Positions 48,664-60,790 of a stretch of 64,000 nucleotides of DNA are shown here, piece after piece. The translations under genes and the position numbers were made by a program. The DNA is from Squalus acanthias (Eukaryota). How positions within the stretch are numbered: position 1 is the first letter of the stretch; every line of letters begins with the position of its first letter. The stretch covers positions 165,418,001 through 165,482,000 of the forward strand of contig CM059425.1 of assembly GCA_030390025.1 (NCBI GenBank), written 5' to 3'. A model generated the notes under the pieces. It saw only the letters and a program-made list of their open reading frames with translations, searched no databases and was not told the DNA's origin.

Positions 48664-50627
48664 AAGAACATAAGAACATAAGAAATAGGTACAGGAGTAG
48701 GCCATTCGGCCCTTCGAGCCTGCTCCGCCATTCAATGAGATCATGGCTGATCTCTGCCTCAACTCCATTCACCGGCCCTATCGTCATATCCCTTGATGCC
48801 TTTACTAGTCAGAAATCTATCGACTTCTGTTTTGAATATACCCAATGACTGAGCCTCCACAGACCTCTGGCCGACCCTTTATCCTGAGGCTGTGGCCCTG
48901 GTTCTAGACTCCCCAGCCAAGGGAAACATTCGCCCAGCATCCACCCTATCAAGCCCTGTAATAATTTTGTATGCTTCAATGAGATCCTCTCTCATTCTTC
49001 TGAATTCAAGAGAATACAGGGCTAGTTTACTCAATCTCTTCTCATACGACAGTCCTGCCATCCCAGGAATCAATCTCGTGAACCTTCATTGCACTCCCTC
49101 TATGTCAAGTATATCCTTCCTTAGGTAAGGAGACCAAAATTGTACACAGTAATCCAGGTGTGGTCTCACCAAGGCCCTATATAATTGGAGTAAGACTTCT
49201 TTACTCCTGTACTCAAATCCTCTTGTAATGAAGGCCAGCATACCATTTGCCTTCCGAATGGCTTGTTGCACCTGCACATTCACTTTCAGTTACTCATGTA
49301 CAAGGACACCCAGGTCCCTTTGAGCATCTGCATTCCCCAATCTTTCACCATTAAGGAAATACTCTGCCTTTCTGTTTTTTCTACCAAAGTGGATAACTTC
49401 ACATTTATCCACATTATATTCCATCTGCCATGTTCTCGCCCACTCACTGAGCCTGTCGAGGTCCCCTTGAAGCCTTTTTACATCCTCTTCACAACTGACA
49501 CTGCCACCTAGCTTTGTATCATCAGCAAATTTGGAAATGTTACATTTAGTCCCCTCATCCAAATCATTGATATGGATTGCGAATAGCTGGGGCCCAAGCA
49601 CCGATCCTTGCGGTACCCCACTAGTTACAGCCTGCCATCCTGAAAAAGACTCGTTTATCCCTACTCTTTGTTTTCTGTCTGTTAACCAATTCTCAATCCA
49701 TGCTAGTATAATACCCCCAATTCCATGTGCCCTAATTTTGTTCACCGACCTCTTGTATGGGACCTTATGGAAGGCCTTCTGAAAATCCAGATACACCACA
49801 TCTACCGGTTCCCCTTTGTCTACTCCATTAGTTACATCCTCAAAGAACTCCAATAGGTTTGTCAAACAGGATTTCCCTTTCATAAATCCATGTTGACTCT
49901 GCCCAATCTTACTATTAGTTTCTAAGTGCCCAGTTATTGCATCCTTTATAATAGATTCCAGCATTTTCCCAACTATTGATGTGAGGCTAACAGGTCTGTA
50001 GTTCCCTGTTTTCTCTCTCCCTCCTTTCTTAAATAGCGGGGTTACATTTGCTATCCTCCAATCTGCAGGAACCGTTCCAGAATCTATAGAATTTTGGAAG
50101 ATGACAACCAATGCATCCACTATTCCAATGGCCACCTCTTTTAAAACCCTAGGATGTAGGTCATCCGGTCCTTGGGATTTATCGACTTTTAGTCCAATTA
50201 ATTTTGCTAGTACTGTTTTTTTACTAATAATAATTTCTTTAAGTTCCTCATTCTCGCCATACCCTTGGTTTTCTCGTATTTCTGGGAGGTTTTTGTGTCT
50301 TCCTCCGTGAAGACAGAACCAAAGTATTTATTTAATTTCTCTGCCATTTCCTCATTCCCCATTATAAATTCTCCCGTCTCTGACTGTAAAGGACCTACAT
50401 TTACCTTTGCCAGTCTTTTCCTTTTCACATACATATAGAAGCTTTTACAATCCATTTTTATATTTTTCGCTAGTTTGTGCTCATATTCCATTTTCCCTTT
50501 CTTTATCAATTTCTTGGTCCGCCTTTGCTGATTTCTAAAAAGATCCCAATCCTCAGGCTGACCGCTTTTCTGGCAACTTTATAAGCTTCCTCCTTTGACT
50601 TAATACTAGCTTTAATTTAGCTATCAG
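48664..50627 (-). mobile_element. 5'-truncated CR1 LINE
   Basis: RT ORF 49290-50135 with FADD; (TTCTTATG)n tail; TSD GGAGAT; empty site GCAGGAGATCGTGGCGGTAG at ~55058. Confidence 0.93.
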
Positions 50628-52279
50628 GGAGATCATGGCGGTAGAGTTTTGCGCCGCCGCAAAAACTCTGGTCAATTTCGCGAGCGGTGCAAACATCGCC
50701 GCGCTCGGGCGCTGGTTGCTTTGCGCCCCATTAGCGCCCTCTTAGGGCTCTAACGGGAGGCGCAAAGCAACCAAATTTTTCCCCCTTGTTCTTTCATTGG
50801 TCATGGGTTAAAGTGAAACATTTTTGGTTACACATTATGGCCAGCTATCCATAGCTTTTTCGCCCATGTGGAAAATATGTCAAGAACATTTGAAAATATG
50901 CTAAGCTGACTTTCTAGATGAATGGCTTTAGTAAATATTTGATCAGAGGCATTGTGCAAAGTGATTTGGCTGTGCTGTGGGAAAGGGTTTAAAGGCTTTG
51001 CAACTGCCATCAGTCTTGTACAACATACTGCTGACTGTCTGATCATTTCTAATTAACTTTTTCACGTATGACTGCTGGTAAGTTCAGACACTCGGACATT
51101 AGTCAAATTTCAATAATATACAGTGTGGAGGAACGTGAGAGGACACTGGACATGTTCTTGGTTAGGAATGCAGTCAAAGTCAGCTGTATTCATGCGAAAG
51201 AGAAACAATAGGGGTCATTAAAATGATAGCTTTTTTTAAACTGATGCCAACAATTCCAAGACTTTCATTACAAAAAAGGGAAAGGGCAAAGCAGTGCTAC
51301 AGAGTATGCTGTGGCAGTTTGAAACCATGATTCCCTGGTATGATGAGTTTCTGACCCGAGCAATATTTCAGGAGATTATTTGACCATGGGATGCCAACCC
51401 CAATCCTATCCTCGTCTAATGCATATTTTCCAACAGGAGTCACTGGATAGCAATCAGGACTTAGAACGCTGGCTGATTTTCTCCTTCCTAGCTCAGGGAC
51501 ACTGAGATAAATTGTAGCTCAGTTGGATATTACTGCTACCTTGACTGAGATAATCTAACTCAGCACAGCCCTAGGATTGAAACTGGGATCTTTTGTAGGA
51601 ATTTGTCTCATACTGGATGGTGCATTCGCCAACTGAGTCATTAGGAGAGAAAGCCCTGCTATTTAATGGATTGTTTTTAAAGAGAAAAGTAAAGGTTTGG
51701 TGAATTAATTCTACTTCCACTCTCCAATTTGTTTTAGATATAAGCTCACTTCTGTGCTCTGGTGACTGAATAGTGGGAAGGTTTGTGCTGCAGATTTGCT
51801 TTGTGCACCGGGGACCAGATTATATGTAACTCATTTCATTTGTGGCTCTTAATCAGCCATCTGCGAGAAACCATACTCATTAATCAGCTGCAAGTTCAAT
51901 GAGAACTCAGTTCCTTAAAGGTGAAAAAAATCATGTCTTAAGATTTGCCCACACTGAGCAAAAAATAAGGCCTTCATTATTTTCTATGGCAGCTAGTATA
52001 TGTTCACACAAGGTAAACTGAAGGTGTTGATTCCTTGCTCATCAAAGGATTCTCAGGTAACCAAATGAAATTTATTGATCTGATGTAAGTGCCTGTTCAC
52101 ACAGGTATAAAACAAAATAATGGTTTTAGTGCTCCAGAAAAAAATGCAATATGGGCTGTTTCAACCAATATAGTAAATAGTAAATTCGTCAAAATATGGC
52201 AATTGAGCATCAAATGACTGCCAAGCTGCCTGATTTGTTTTCACTTCAATGTTCTATTAGCCCAATTATTCAGTTAATT

Positions 52280-52525
52280 AAATAAATCTGGAATTTAAAA
52301 AAAGCTAGCATCAGTAATGGTGACCATGAAACTACCGGATTGTCGTAAAAACCCATTGGATTCATTAATGTCCTTTAGGAAAGAAACCTGTCATCTCTAC
52401 CTGGTCTGGCCTATATGTGACTCCAGACCCACAGCAATGTGGTTGACTCTTAACTGCCCTCTGAAATGACGGCTCACCACCACCTTCTCAAGGGCAATAA
52501 GGAATGGACAATAAATGCTGGCCTT
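52280..52525 (+). mobile_element. SINE body sharing its 3' tail with the LINE at 34034
   Basis: GGCTCACCACCACCTTCTCAAGGGCAAT..CAATAAATGCTGGCC is the reverse complement of ~34077-34129. Confidence 0.65.
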
Positions 52526-52609
52526 TAAAAAAAATCACATATCGGCTGTTTTCTAAGCATGTTGGGAGGTTAACTATAAATGAAGAAATTTATAGTCCCA
52601 AGACTTTGC

Positions 52610-52836
52610 AAGAAGGAAAGAAAGACTTGCATTTACATCATACTTTTCATGACTTCAGGACGTCCCAAAGCGCTTTACAGCCAATGTAGTACTTTTGAAG
52701 TGTAGTCACTGTCGTAATGTAGGAAACACAGCAGCCAATTTGCACACAGCAAGGTTCCACAAACAGTAATGTGATAATGCCCAGATAATCTGTTTTATGT
52801 AGTGCTGTTGGTTGAGGGATAAATATTAGCCAGGAC
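52610..52836 (-). mobile_element. Truncated Deu-domain SINE
   Basis: Reverse complement of ~31480-31695. Confidence 0.75.
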
Positions 52837-54324
52837 AAGTGTTTGCAATAGTTAACACTTGAGGCTTGTATTTTGTCAGTTCTTGGGACTAGTCATTAGA
52901 GGCCACTTTAAAGACCTCTTGGCTGGCTAGATGCAGAGCAGTACTGGCAGAGGTGTTGGAACAGATCCACTGCCACTTCTTTTATCTGGGGACAATACCT
53001 AGTGTGGTGAGACTTACTTTGAAGGACAGGGAGAAAAATAATACCAAAAAAAAATGGTTTTCCAGTGTAGAATCATCAGTATACACCCAAAATCATGCAT
53101 AAATATGTCATCAAGTTTAACCTTACAATAGAAATGACTGAGTAAAACTTGAATGACCCACTCTTCACAAAGACTGAGTGGAAAAATGTTTGCGGGAAAG
53201 ATAAATAGGGATAAAGGGTAATTTTTATTTAGGAGGTTCGTTGAATTTCATTCGCTTTTTAACATTGTCTTAATCCTTTCCGTAATCATTCTCGTGGTTT
53301 TGTTGAAGATGTATACTATTTATGTTATTTAACATAGATTTTTATCAATCTACTTAGTCCCTAAGAAGCTTACTATATCAAAGAAATGATAGTAGTCTCA
53401 TTTTGATGCTGCTAGCGCATTAAAATATCAAATTGTTCACACCAGTGTACAGCTAAAATCTACCGACTGCGTCAATTAGAATGAAGCTGCATTCTATCAA
53501 TAGGTCATGTTTAGAATGGGGGAGGGGGGATGTTACAAAGAGATTTCCAAAACCGAGTCGGGGTCACACAGCTGCAGGAAGGCATCCTCTTTTCATGGCA
53601 AAGCCAACTGCTGTTCCAAAGCTAAAGATGAGAGGAGGGTGCAAAAGGCAGCTTCAAAAGACTCTCTCTCTGATCTCTCTGCGGTTTGGATGCTGTGGCA
53701 TAGCTCTGAGGAATGATGCACAGTGGGAGTAATACCACTGAAATTCCGCATTCTAAGGCTCTTGGTTAAAGAAAAATAACAAAAGCATCGACCGCTCAGA
53801 TCCAGGACTCGGAAAAGCATTGATTGAGAAACAGCAATTGTTGCCATTGTTTACTCTCAACATAACAGGCTGTGTGACAGTCCATGACTGAACAGAAATC
53901 AAACCATTGGGATTAATAGGTCTGGGTACTTGTAGAAACAATGACACTGTGAAAATAAAATGGCGATTGATATTTATTGCCCGATATAAATCACTCTTTA
54001 GTAGAATTGTTTGCAGTACAGGATAAACCACACATGAAAACAAGGTCTGAGACCTACCTGGAATCGCATTGAATTTTAAAGAGGTAGCGTACTTTGTGTT
54101 GATCATCAGTAAATGTGCTTGAAACACAATAAGAAAATAGTTGTATTCAAATTTCCAAATGCAAGTATTTTAAAACGTTTAATTCTTTAATTAGGGTTAG
54201 ATTTTATTACTTTTCTGAAAAAAAATATTGTATTTAATTATAATTCATATAGTCAAGGCAAGTTTTGCAACAGAAAAAATAATTGGGATGAAATTCTCTT
54301 AACAAAAGAAGCAGAGAATTCCTG

Positions 54325-55217
54325 GGGGGAGAAATTCAGTATCGCCCCATTTGGGGCGCAATTATCGGCCGGGCGCAAAGATTAGCGCCTGGCGCTAATT
54401 ATCGCCTCCGACTGCAAACTTGACTTTTATCGCCCCTGGAGTTGATTGGAGCGCTAAATCAGGCGCTTCACACCTGTCTTAAGGCGCAAAGGCCGAGGAG
54501 CGAGGCGCTACCTCAGAGCGCTGGCGAAGCTCATGTGATGTCAGTCAGCAGTGGAACACACACACAATGGCACCGGCCAGTTCTTAAAGGGGAGGGTTGA
54601 TCTTGCTTTCCATCCACATCCTGCTCATTGCAGCCTTGAGTCTCGGCCTGGAGAGACCTGTACATCAAATCTGCTGGAAAGAACAATGGAGAGGCCCAGG
54701 GAAAGAGCTCAGAGTGCAGCCCCCACAGTCTCTTCTAAATCGATACAAGGAAGGGCAAATCAAAATGAACCTGCAAAGTGCTGCTCAGTACCCAAAACTC
54801 CTTCACGCAGCGTTGAATCTCTCCAGAAATCTCTCTCTCTCTCACTCAGAATGCGTGGTTCAAAAATGTCACCAACAATAAAAGGCAGGAAGCGGTCGCC
54901 TTTGAATAGCGCTCCCCCAGTCCCTTCCTGACTGCAAAACGCTCCCCTCAACCTGTCGTTGCTAGCGGCAGGCGGTAAGGCAGGGGGCGCCACTCAATAT
55001 CTGCTCCAGGGCGCTAGGGGGGTGTTGCGCACTCGACTGATGTCACGATCTGCCGGCGCAGGAGATCGTGGCGGTAGTGTTTAGAGCCGCCGCAAAATGT
55101 CTAGTTAATTTCGTGAGCGGCGCAAACATCACCGCGCCCGGGCGCTAGTTGCTTTGTGCCCCATTAGCGCCCTCTTAAGGCGCTAGCGGGAGGCGCAACC
55201 AACTGAATTTTCCCCCC
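54325..55217 (+). mobile_element. Non-autonomous Harbinger (family A) deletion derivative
   Basis: 16-bp TIR GGGGGAGAAATTCAGT / ACTGAATTTTCCCCCC; TSD CTG; halves match 44648-45035 and 48288-48663 plus 50628-50785. Confidence 0.93.
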
Positions 55218-58200
55218 CTGTTCTTTCTGTAATTAACAAACCTCTAAAATCACATCTGAAAAACTGTATGTTTCAACCTTGCACATTCCTTCATTTTTAT
55301 CACAAAGAAAAACAGGTATTCTCCCATTTTTCATTAAGAGATCATTTTCATCTCCCTCCATATCTTGTTCCCTCAGGAATCTGATGGTTGCTATGGAGCT
55401 GCAGGAGAAATATTAAAATGCTGAAGCAGTGCTACCTTAGACCATGCACTGTCATAAGGCATTCTGTTTAGTTCTTTCCCAGTTTTCTCTTCTCCTCTTC
55501 AGAAGGTGCTGATTCTTGCTGAATATATTTCCACAGAGGCTATCAGTCCTCCATTAACTCACCAAAGTAAACATTCTTCTCTCTGTGCATACATAATTAC
55601 TCTAGGCAGGCATTTGACCACAGAGGCATCCAAGCTGAGTCCAATCCTCTTCTCACCTAACGTCCACACATGTGTGCACACATGAACAGGGCATGCGGGG
55701 AGTTAAAATAGTGGCAGAGTACATACCTCCCTGTTTGGCCACAGTCCCACCAGCCGCTATTTTAACTCCTGGGTTTTGGAAGGCATGTGAAGCCCTTGCT
55801 AGAGGCAAGTGAGAACCTCAGAAATATTCAAAAGTCGGGGTCCGACGCAATTTTAACCTTGGGCCTGCGCCAGTCGCACACAATGCCAACTGCATGGAAA
55901 AGCGGGTATCAGATGGATGGTAAGTATTTTTAAAGTTTTACTGTTTCTCTGTAGCTCCACTGGGCCACCTCTGCCACAGGCTTCCCTCATCCCCGACCGC
56001 GATCGCCTACTGAGCCTCTCCTTACCTTAATGCCAGGGAACGGTACCTCTGGTTTCCAGCGGCAGTCTCCTGCTGCCCAAAATCCAGCTCCTACCCACCG
56101 GTCAGGTATTAATTCCATCTGGATTTGGGCAGGAGACTCTGCTCCAGGATCCAGATGAGGCCCAGGGGTTAAAATGGCCCAGGCCTCATGCTGGCATGGT
56201 TTTGTGAGCTTGTTGCTTCCCCCTCTAACACCCCACTCCCCCCAGCAGCACTCATGCACCTAAAACATATAAAAGCAAAACAATCTCACTAATGGCGTCA
56301 AAAGAATGTTTCACAATAAAACAAAAATATTTACTCCAATGAATCAACGGTTGCTAATGGGCCTAGTGCTGCTTAACTCAATTTATCCAACAGTCTCTAC
56401 TGTACAACCATAGAAGAAATGGTCTCTTTAACCTTGCTTCACTACATCAAGCCAGTTCTTTACTGGCATACTCCCATTATTTTGGCATGCCTACATGAAT
56501 GAGCGCCAGAAACCCATTTAAGTTAGCTGATGAATATTAATTTGCTGCCCAAAGCTGCTCTCCATCCCACTGAACAGATTACAATTGTGGCACAAATGAC
56601 TGCACTGTGTATTGATGTTGGCAGCAGGGTTCAGGGAAAAGATTAAATTCAACTTTTAAATTTCACAAAGTGCTTCTCTGTTAACTTATTATCTTCTGTG
56701 TAGTGTCAGAAAGTGTACAACACAAAGAAAATTAGAATTGATAGCAGCTGATAGCATGTTCTGAGGGGATCCATACAATATTTTTAACAGAAGGAAGGTT
56801 TCCCAACAATGAGTTCTGGACCGCTAAAACATTTACTTGAAGTACAAAGGCAGCAAACTGCACAAAGTATGCCACCTCACATTCCACAGTAAAAAATATT
56901 ACTGAACTAGTTCAATATTTTCTATTTTGCAATCATTCTACAGTAATCTCCCACTGCTCCGTTCTCGCTCGTCTCAGACAGACATGCAGCTTTCGGTGAA
57001 CTGAGCTCAGACAGAGTGTTCCAGCAATTTGTGCAGGCAGGCTCAGTCAGCAACTTCCTTCCGTTAGGCAGACAAGCAGAAGAGAACAGGAAGCAGCAAC
57101 ATTTCCCTAGTCCCTTTATCAGCCGACCACCTGTGGTTTCTCGATCTTCGTGAGGTGCTTCAGTGTATCGACGAATACACCATGAACACCATAAAGAAAT
57201 GTTTTTGTTCTTTCCCAATTTTCTCTCCCTTACTAGCTTTCCAAGTGATCTGATTTCTGACAAATTCTTAGAAGCATCTAAACATCTGTTGAACAGAAAT
57301 CTGGATGGAGGCAATACTCCTCCAGCCAGATTCAGAATCCAGCATCCTTTTAAAGGTAAAGCCCCTTCTCCGGAAGATAGATTTCATTTTATTTTTCTTG
57401 CAATTTCTTTTACATGTTCTCCCCTTTCTTGAGATACTTGCTCTATGTACTGTACCTGAGCCAAAAGAGTGGGCCTAGACCTACTCCAGAGGCCCCTGTC
57501 AGTGTTGCCATGCAACCTGCTGCTATTTCCTTGTTAGCGCATCCTCTGATTGGTCCTCTGGACAAGCTTCTTGATTTCACTCTGCACCTCTTCCAAAAAC
57601 ACTGATAAGATGGGAACTTACTGTCTACTAGTGTAATCATGAACACATCAGCGTCTTTGTACTCCGTGGCATGGGGGCAATTGTGAGAATTGTCTTCCTT
57701 ACCAATCTATTTATCATATTGCAGAGTGCGTATGAATATACTGTAATACAGTTGGCTCTCAGTGCGATTGGCAAGTGTTAATAAGTGAGAATTTGAATTT
57801 CAGCTCAGGGTGATTGCTATTTAACTAATTGTAATGTGACTCTGCAGACTTCATGAATGTGCTGCAGGCAGAATTATTAGATTTATTTTACTGCTTGGAA
57901 AGGTGGCATGATTGTAATTTTTTTGATGAGCATATGTCATGAAATAAATATGCACATTCTGAACTGTGCCTAGCATAAGGACAGACTGTAATATTATCAT
58001 TCGTGCTGAGATTGACTTACCCATGGATTGACATGCTATTCGCAGATCAGTAACATTTTTACTGGAATTGGTGAAGATCAACAAATGTTTTGTGAGGGTG
58101 TAAGGTTTGGTATTGAAAGAATCCTTAGGATGAAGTTGGCCAGTGTAGACTGACACTTCACATGAGGGGGAGAGGGAATTTATGCTTATGATTTCCAATT

Positions 58201-60063
58201 TGGCAAGTTCCTAATCTTACCCAGGATATGTAGGGGAGGGAGGATGTACAATGAAGTCCAGGGTACATCCCCTCAAGGGAGGGGGGAGAGATTCAGTGGG
58301 CTAAAAATAACAGGTAGTTTTGAGGTGCACACAAGTATTTACATGATTCCTCTTTGGTTCTATAAGTGCACAAACAAGGCTTAAACTGTAGGGACTTCCC
58401 ACAGACCTGCAAAGTATCTACAGAACATCTGTAGTTTTGTATGCAACATATCGGTTTGTTTCATTCTTGCTCCTGTTCATAAACATTGACTGGGTTAATA
58501 TCAGTGAGAGCTCAGTGCACAGGTGAGAAAGTCATTATTATGGAGGAACACCAGCTGTTTGATATGAAAGATGTAGCATCACAAGCATCGCCTGCCCTAC
58601 AAGGATACAAAATTACAGGAAAATCTGCGAGTTTTGATTGAAAATCATGTAGATTAGAAACATTTCATTTTCAGAAACATTGGTCAAGAAAAAGGATTTT
58701 CCTAACATTTTGTTTTAATAACATATTTACAAAGTTATTATGATTCTAGTGGATGTTCCATAGGAGAAAAAATAGATTATGATCAATGCGTAGCTGCTTG
58801 AAAAATCTCAAGATCTCCATTCCAGTATAAAACACTTTGAAATGTTCATTCTAACCATAAGTATTTTAAACAAAAGGCAGCATGACTCAAATGTGGTAAT
58901 CTAGAAATTATTACATTTGCTTTTGAATGTCAAGCTTGTTCTAGGAATGAGATCTTTCAGCTCCTATTAAAATCTGCTTTGTTAACCAATTGGATTACTT
59001 TGGCTCTGATAATATATCTTATAGTATGGCTTTATAAATACTGCAGCGTAGTCTGTGCTGGAATCAAAGACTGAAACCTTGTTCTGTTCAAGGTTCCATA
59101 TGCAGCATAAACCAGACTGGAAGGATCATTATTACCATGCTTGGATGGCTTAAATTAAAATATATGAAACTTTTAGTTGTGGCAATAGATATGGGCTTTA
59201 TATCATGCATTAATGCCACTCGTAGCCAACCAAATCATTTGCAGTTATCCATCTACTAGCATGTGCTGTATTTGCATTGTTATCTTTGAAATTACAAAGC
59301 AATAATGTGTAATAATAAATGTATTCCCACCATTTATACTGTAATCAATAAATTACTCATTTGTAATACTGCAAGTTGAAGGCTATGAAAGTAGTACTAT
59401 GTAGTAGCAAAACCATTGCTATCAACTAATATTATAATTCCATTGTTTTTTATGCAACCCAAAGCAAAGCATACCCAGAATGTGTATGTATCACACAGAT
59501 TGTGCAATATGTCACCATTATGCGTAGTGAGCTACCACCAGGTTATACTCTAAGTAGGGTGATGCTGCCTTACTGCGCAAGGGATGATAGCATCGGCAGG
59601 ACTGAGCCATCACGAACACTGTAAGAAATGGGCCTGCTTTACTCTTCTTGGGAGGAGAATGCAGGTAGAATGAGGTATAAAACGGCAATTTTTAAGACGT
59701 TGCAATTATATTGAACATACTTTTAAATCACAATTTTATAATTAACATGATTTGAAAACCTTTGGTGATACAAGACACAACATCACAAAGGAAACATATA
59801 TAATTTTTAGGCGGATGTAACTTCTAATCTGATGTAATTGTGTTTGTCAAAGAAAAGGTGTTATTACTTATAATTTATTGAGCCTGTGACATGTTGCATT
59901 GAGGCTGTATACAATCCAGTTCTCTTTTGGAACAAAGCAGTTACCTGGGTTTTCAGTTAAAAGCCTTTTAACAAAGACAAGATTTTAAAAATATATTTAT
60001 ATAACAGAAGAAAAATGGAAAGAGACATGGAACAATTCTTTTGAAATATTCTCAGCGTATGTT

Positions 60064-60790
60064 AACAACAACAACTTGTATTTATATAGCGCCTTTAACG
60101 TAGTAAAACATCCCAAGGCGCTGCACAGGAGTATTTTAAGACAAAAAATTTGACACCGATCCACATAAGGATAAATTAGGGCAGGTGACCAAAAGCTTGG
60201 TCAAAGAGGTAGGTTTTAAGGAGCGTCTTAAAGGAGGAAAGAGAGGTAGCAAGGCGGACAGGTTTAGGGGGGAATTCCAGAGCTTAGGGCCTAGGCAACA
60301 GAAGGCACGGCCACCAAAGTTTGAGCGATTATAATCAGGGATCCTCAAGAGGGCAGAATTAGAGGAGCGCAGATATCTCAGGGGGTTGTGGGGCTGAAGG
60401 AGGTTACAAAGATAGGAAGGGGCGAGGCCATGGAGGGATTTGAAAACAAGGATGAGAATTTTGAAATCGAGGCGCTGCTTAACTGGGAGCCAATGTAGGT
60501 CAGCGAGCACAGGGGTGATGGGCAAACGGGACTTGGTGCGAGTTAGGACACGGGCAGCCGAGTTTTGGATAACCTCAAGTTTATGTAGGGTGGAATGTGG
60601 GAGGCCAGCCAGGAGTGCGTTGGAATAGTCAAGTCTAGAGGTAACAAAGGCATGGATGAGGGTTTCAGCAGCGGATGAGCTGAGGCAAGGGCGGAGACGA
60701 GCGATGTTACAGAGGTGGAAGTAGGCGGTCTTTGTTATGCTGCGGATGTGTGGTCGAAAGGTCATTTCAGGGTCAAATATGACACCAAGG
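60064..60790 (-). mobile_element. L2 3' fragment
   Basis: 209-aa ORF with LIHAFVTSRLDYSN and LHWLPVKQR; (GTT)n tail. Confidence 0.92.

Larger units (their letters stand above)
44648..50785. mobile_element. Full-length PIF/Harbinger transposon (family A), defective, with a CR1 in the right subterminal region
   Basis: TIRs AGGGGAGAAATTCGG / CCAAATTTTTCCCCC; TSD TTA/TTG; convergent Myb-like and transposase genes. Confidence 0.92.

Noticed and set aside
51340..51650. Old minus-strand tRNA-SINE
   Set aside because: Too degraded to assign boundaries or family
55690..56180. Another Harbinger-like MITE (GTTAAAATGGCCC end, GGTAAGT/CTTACC motifs)
   Set aside because: The left TIR and TSD could not be read with confidence
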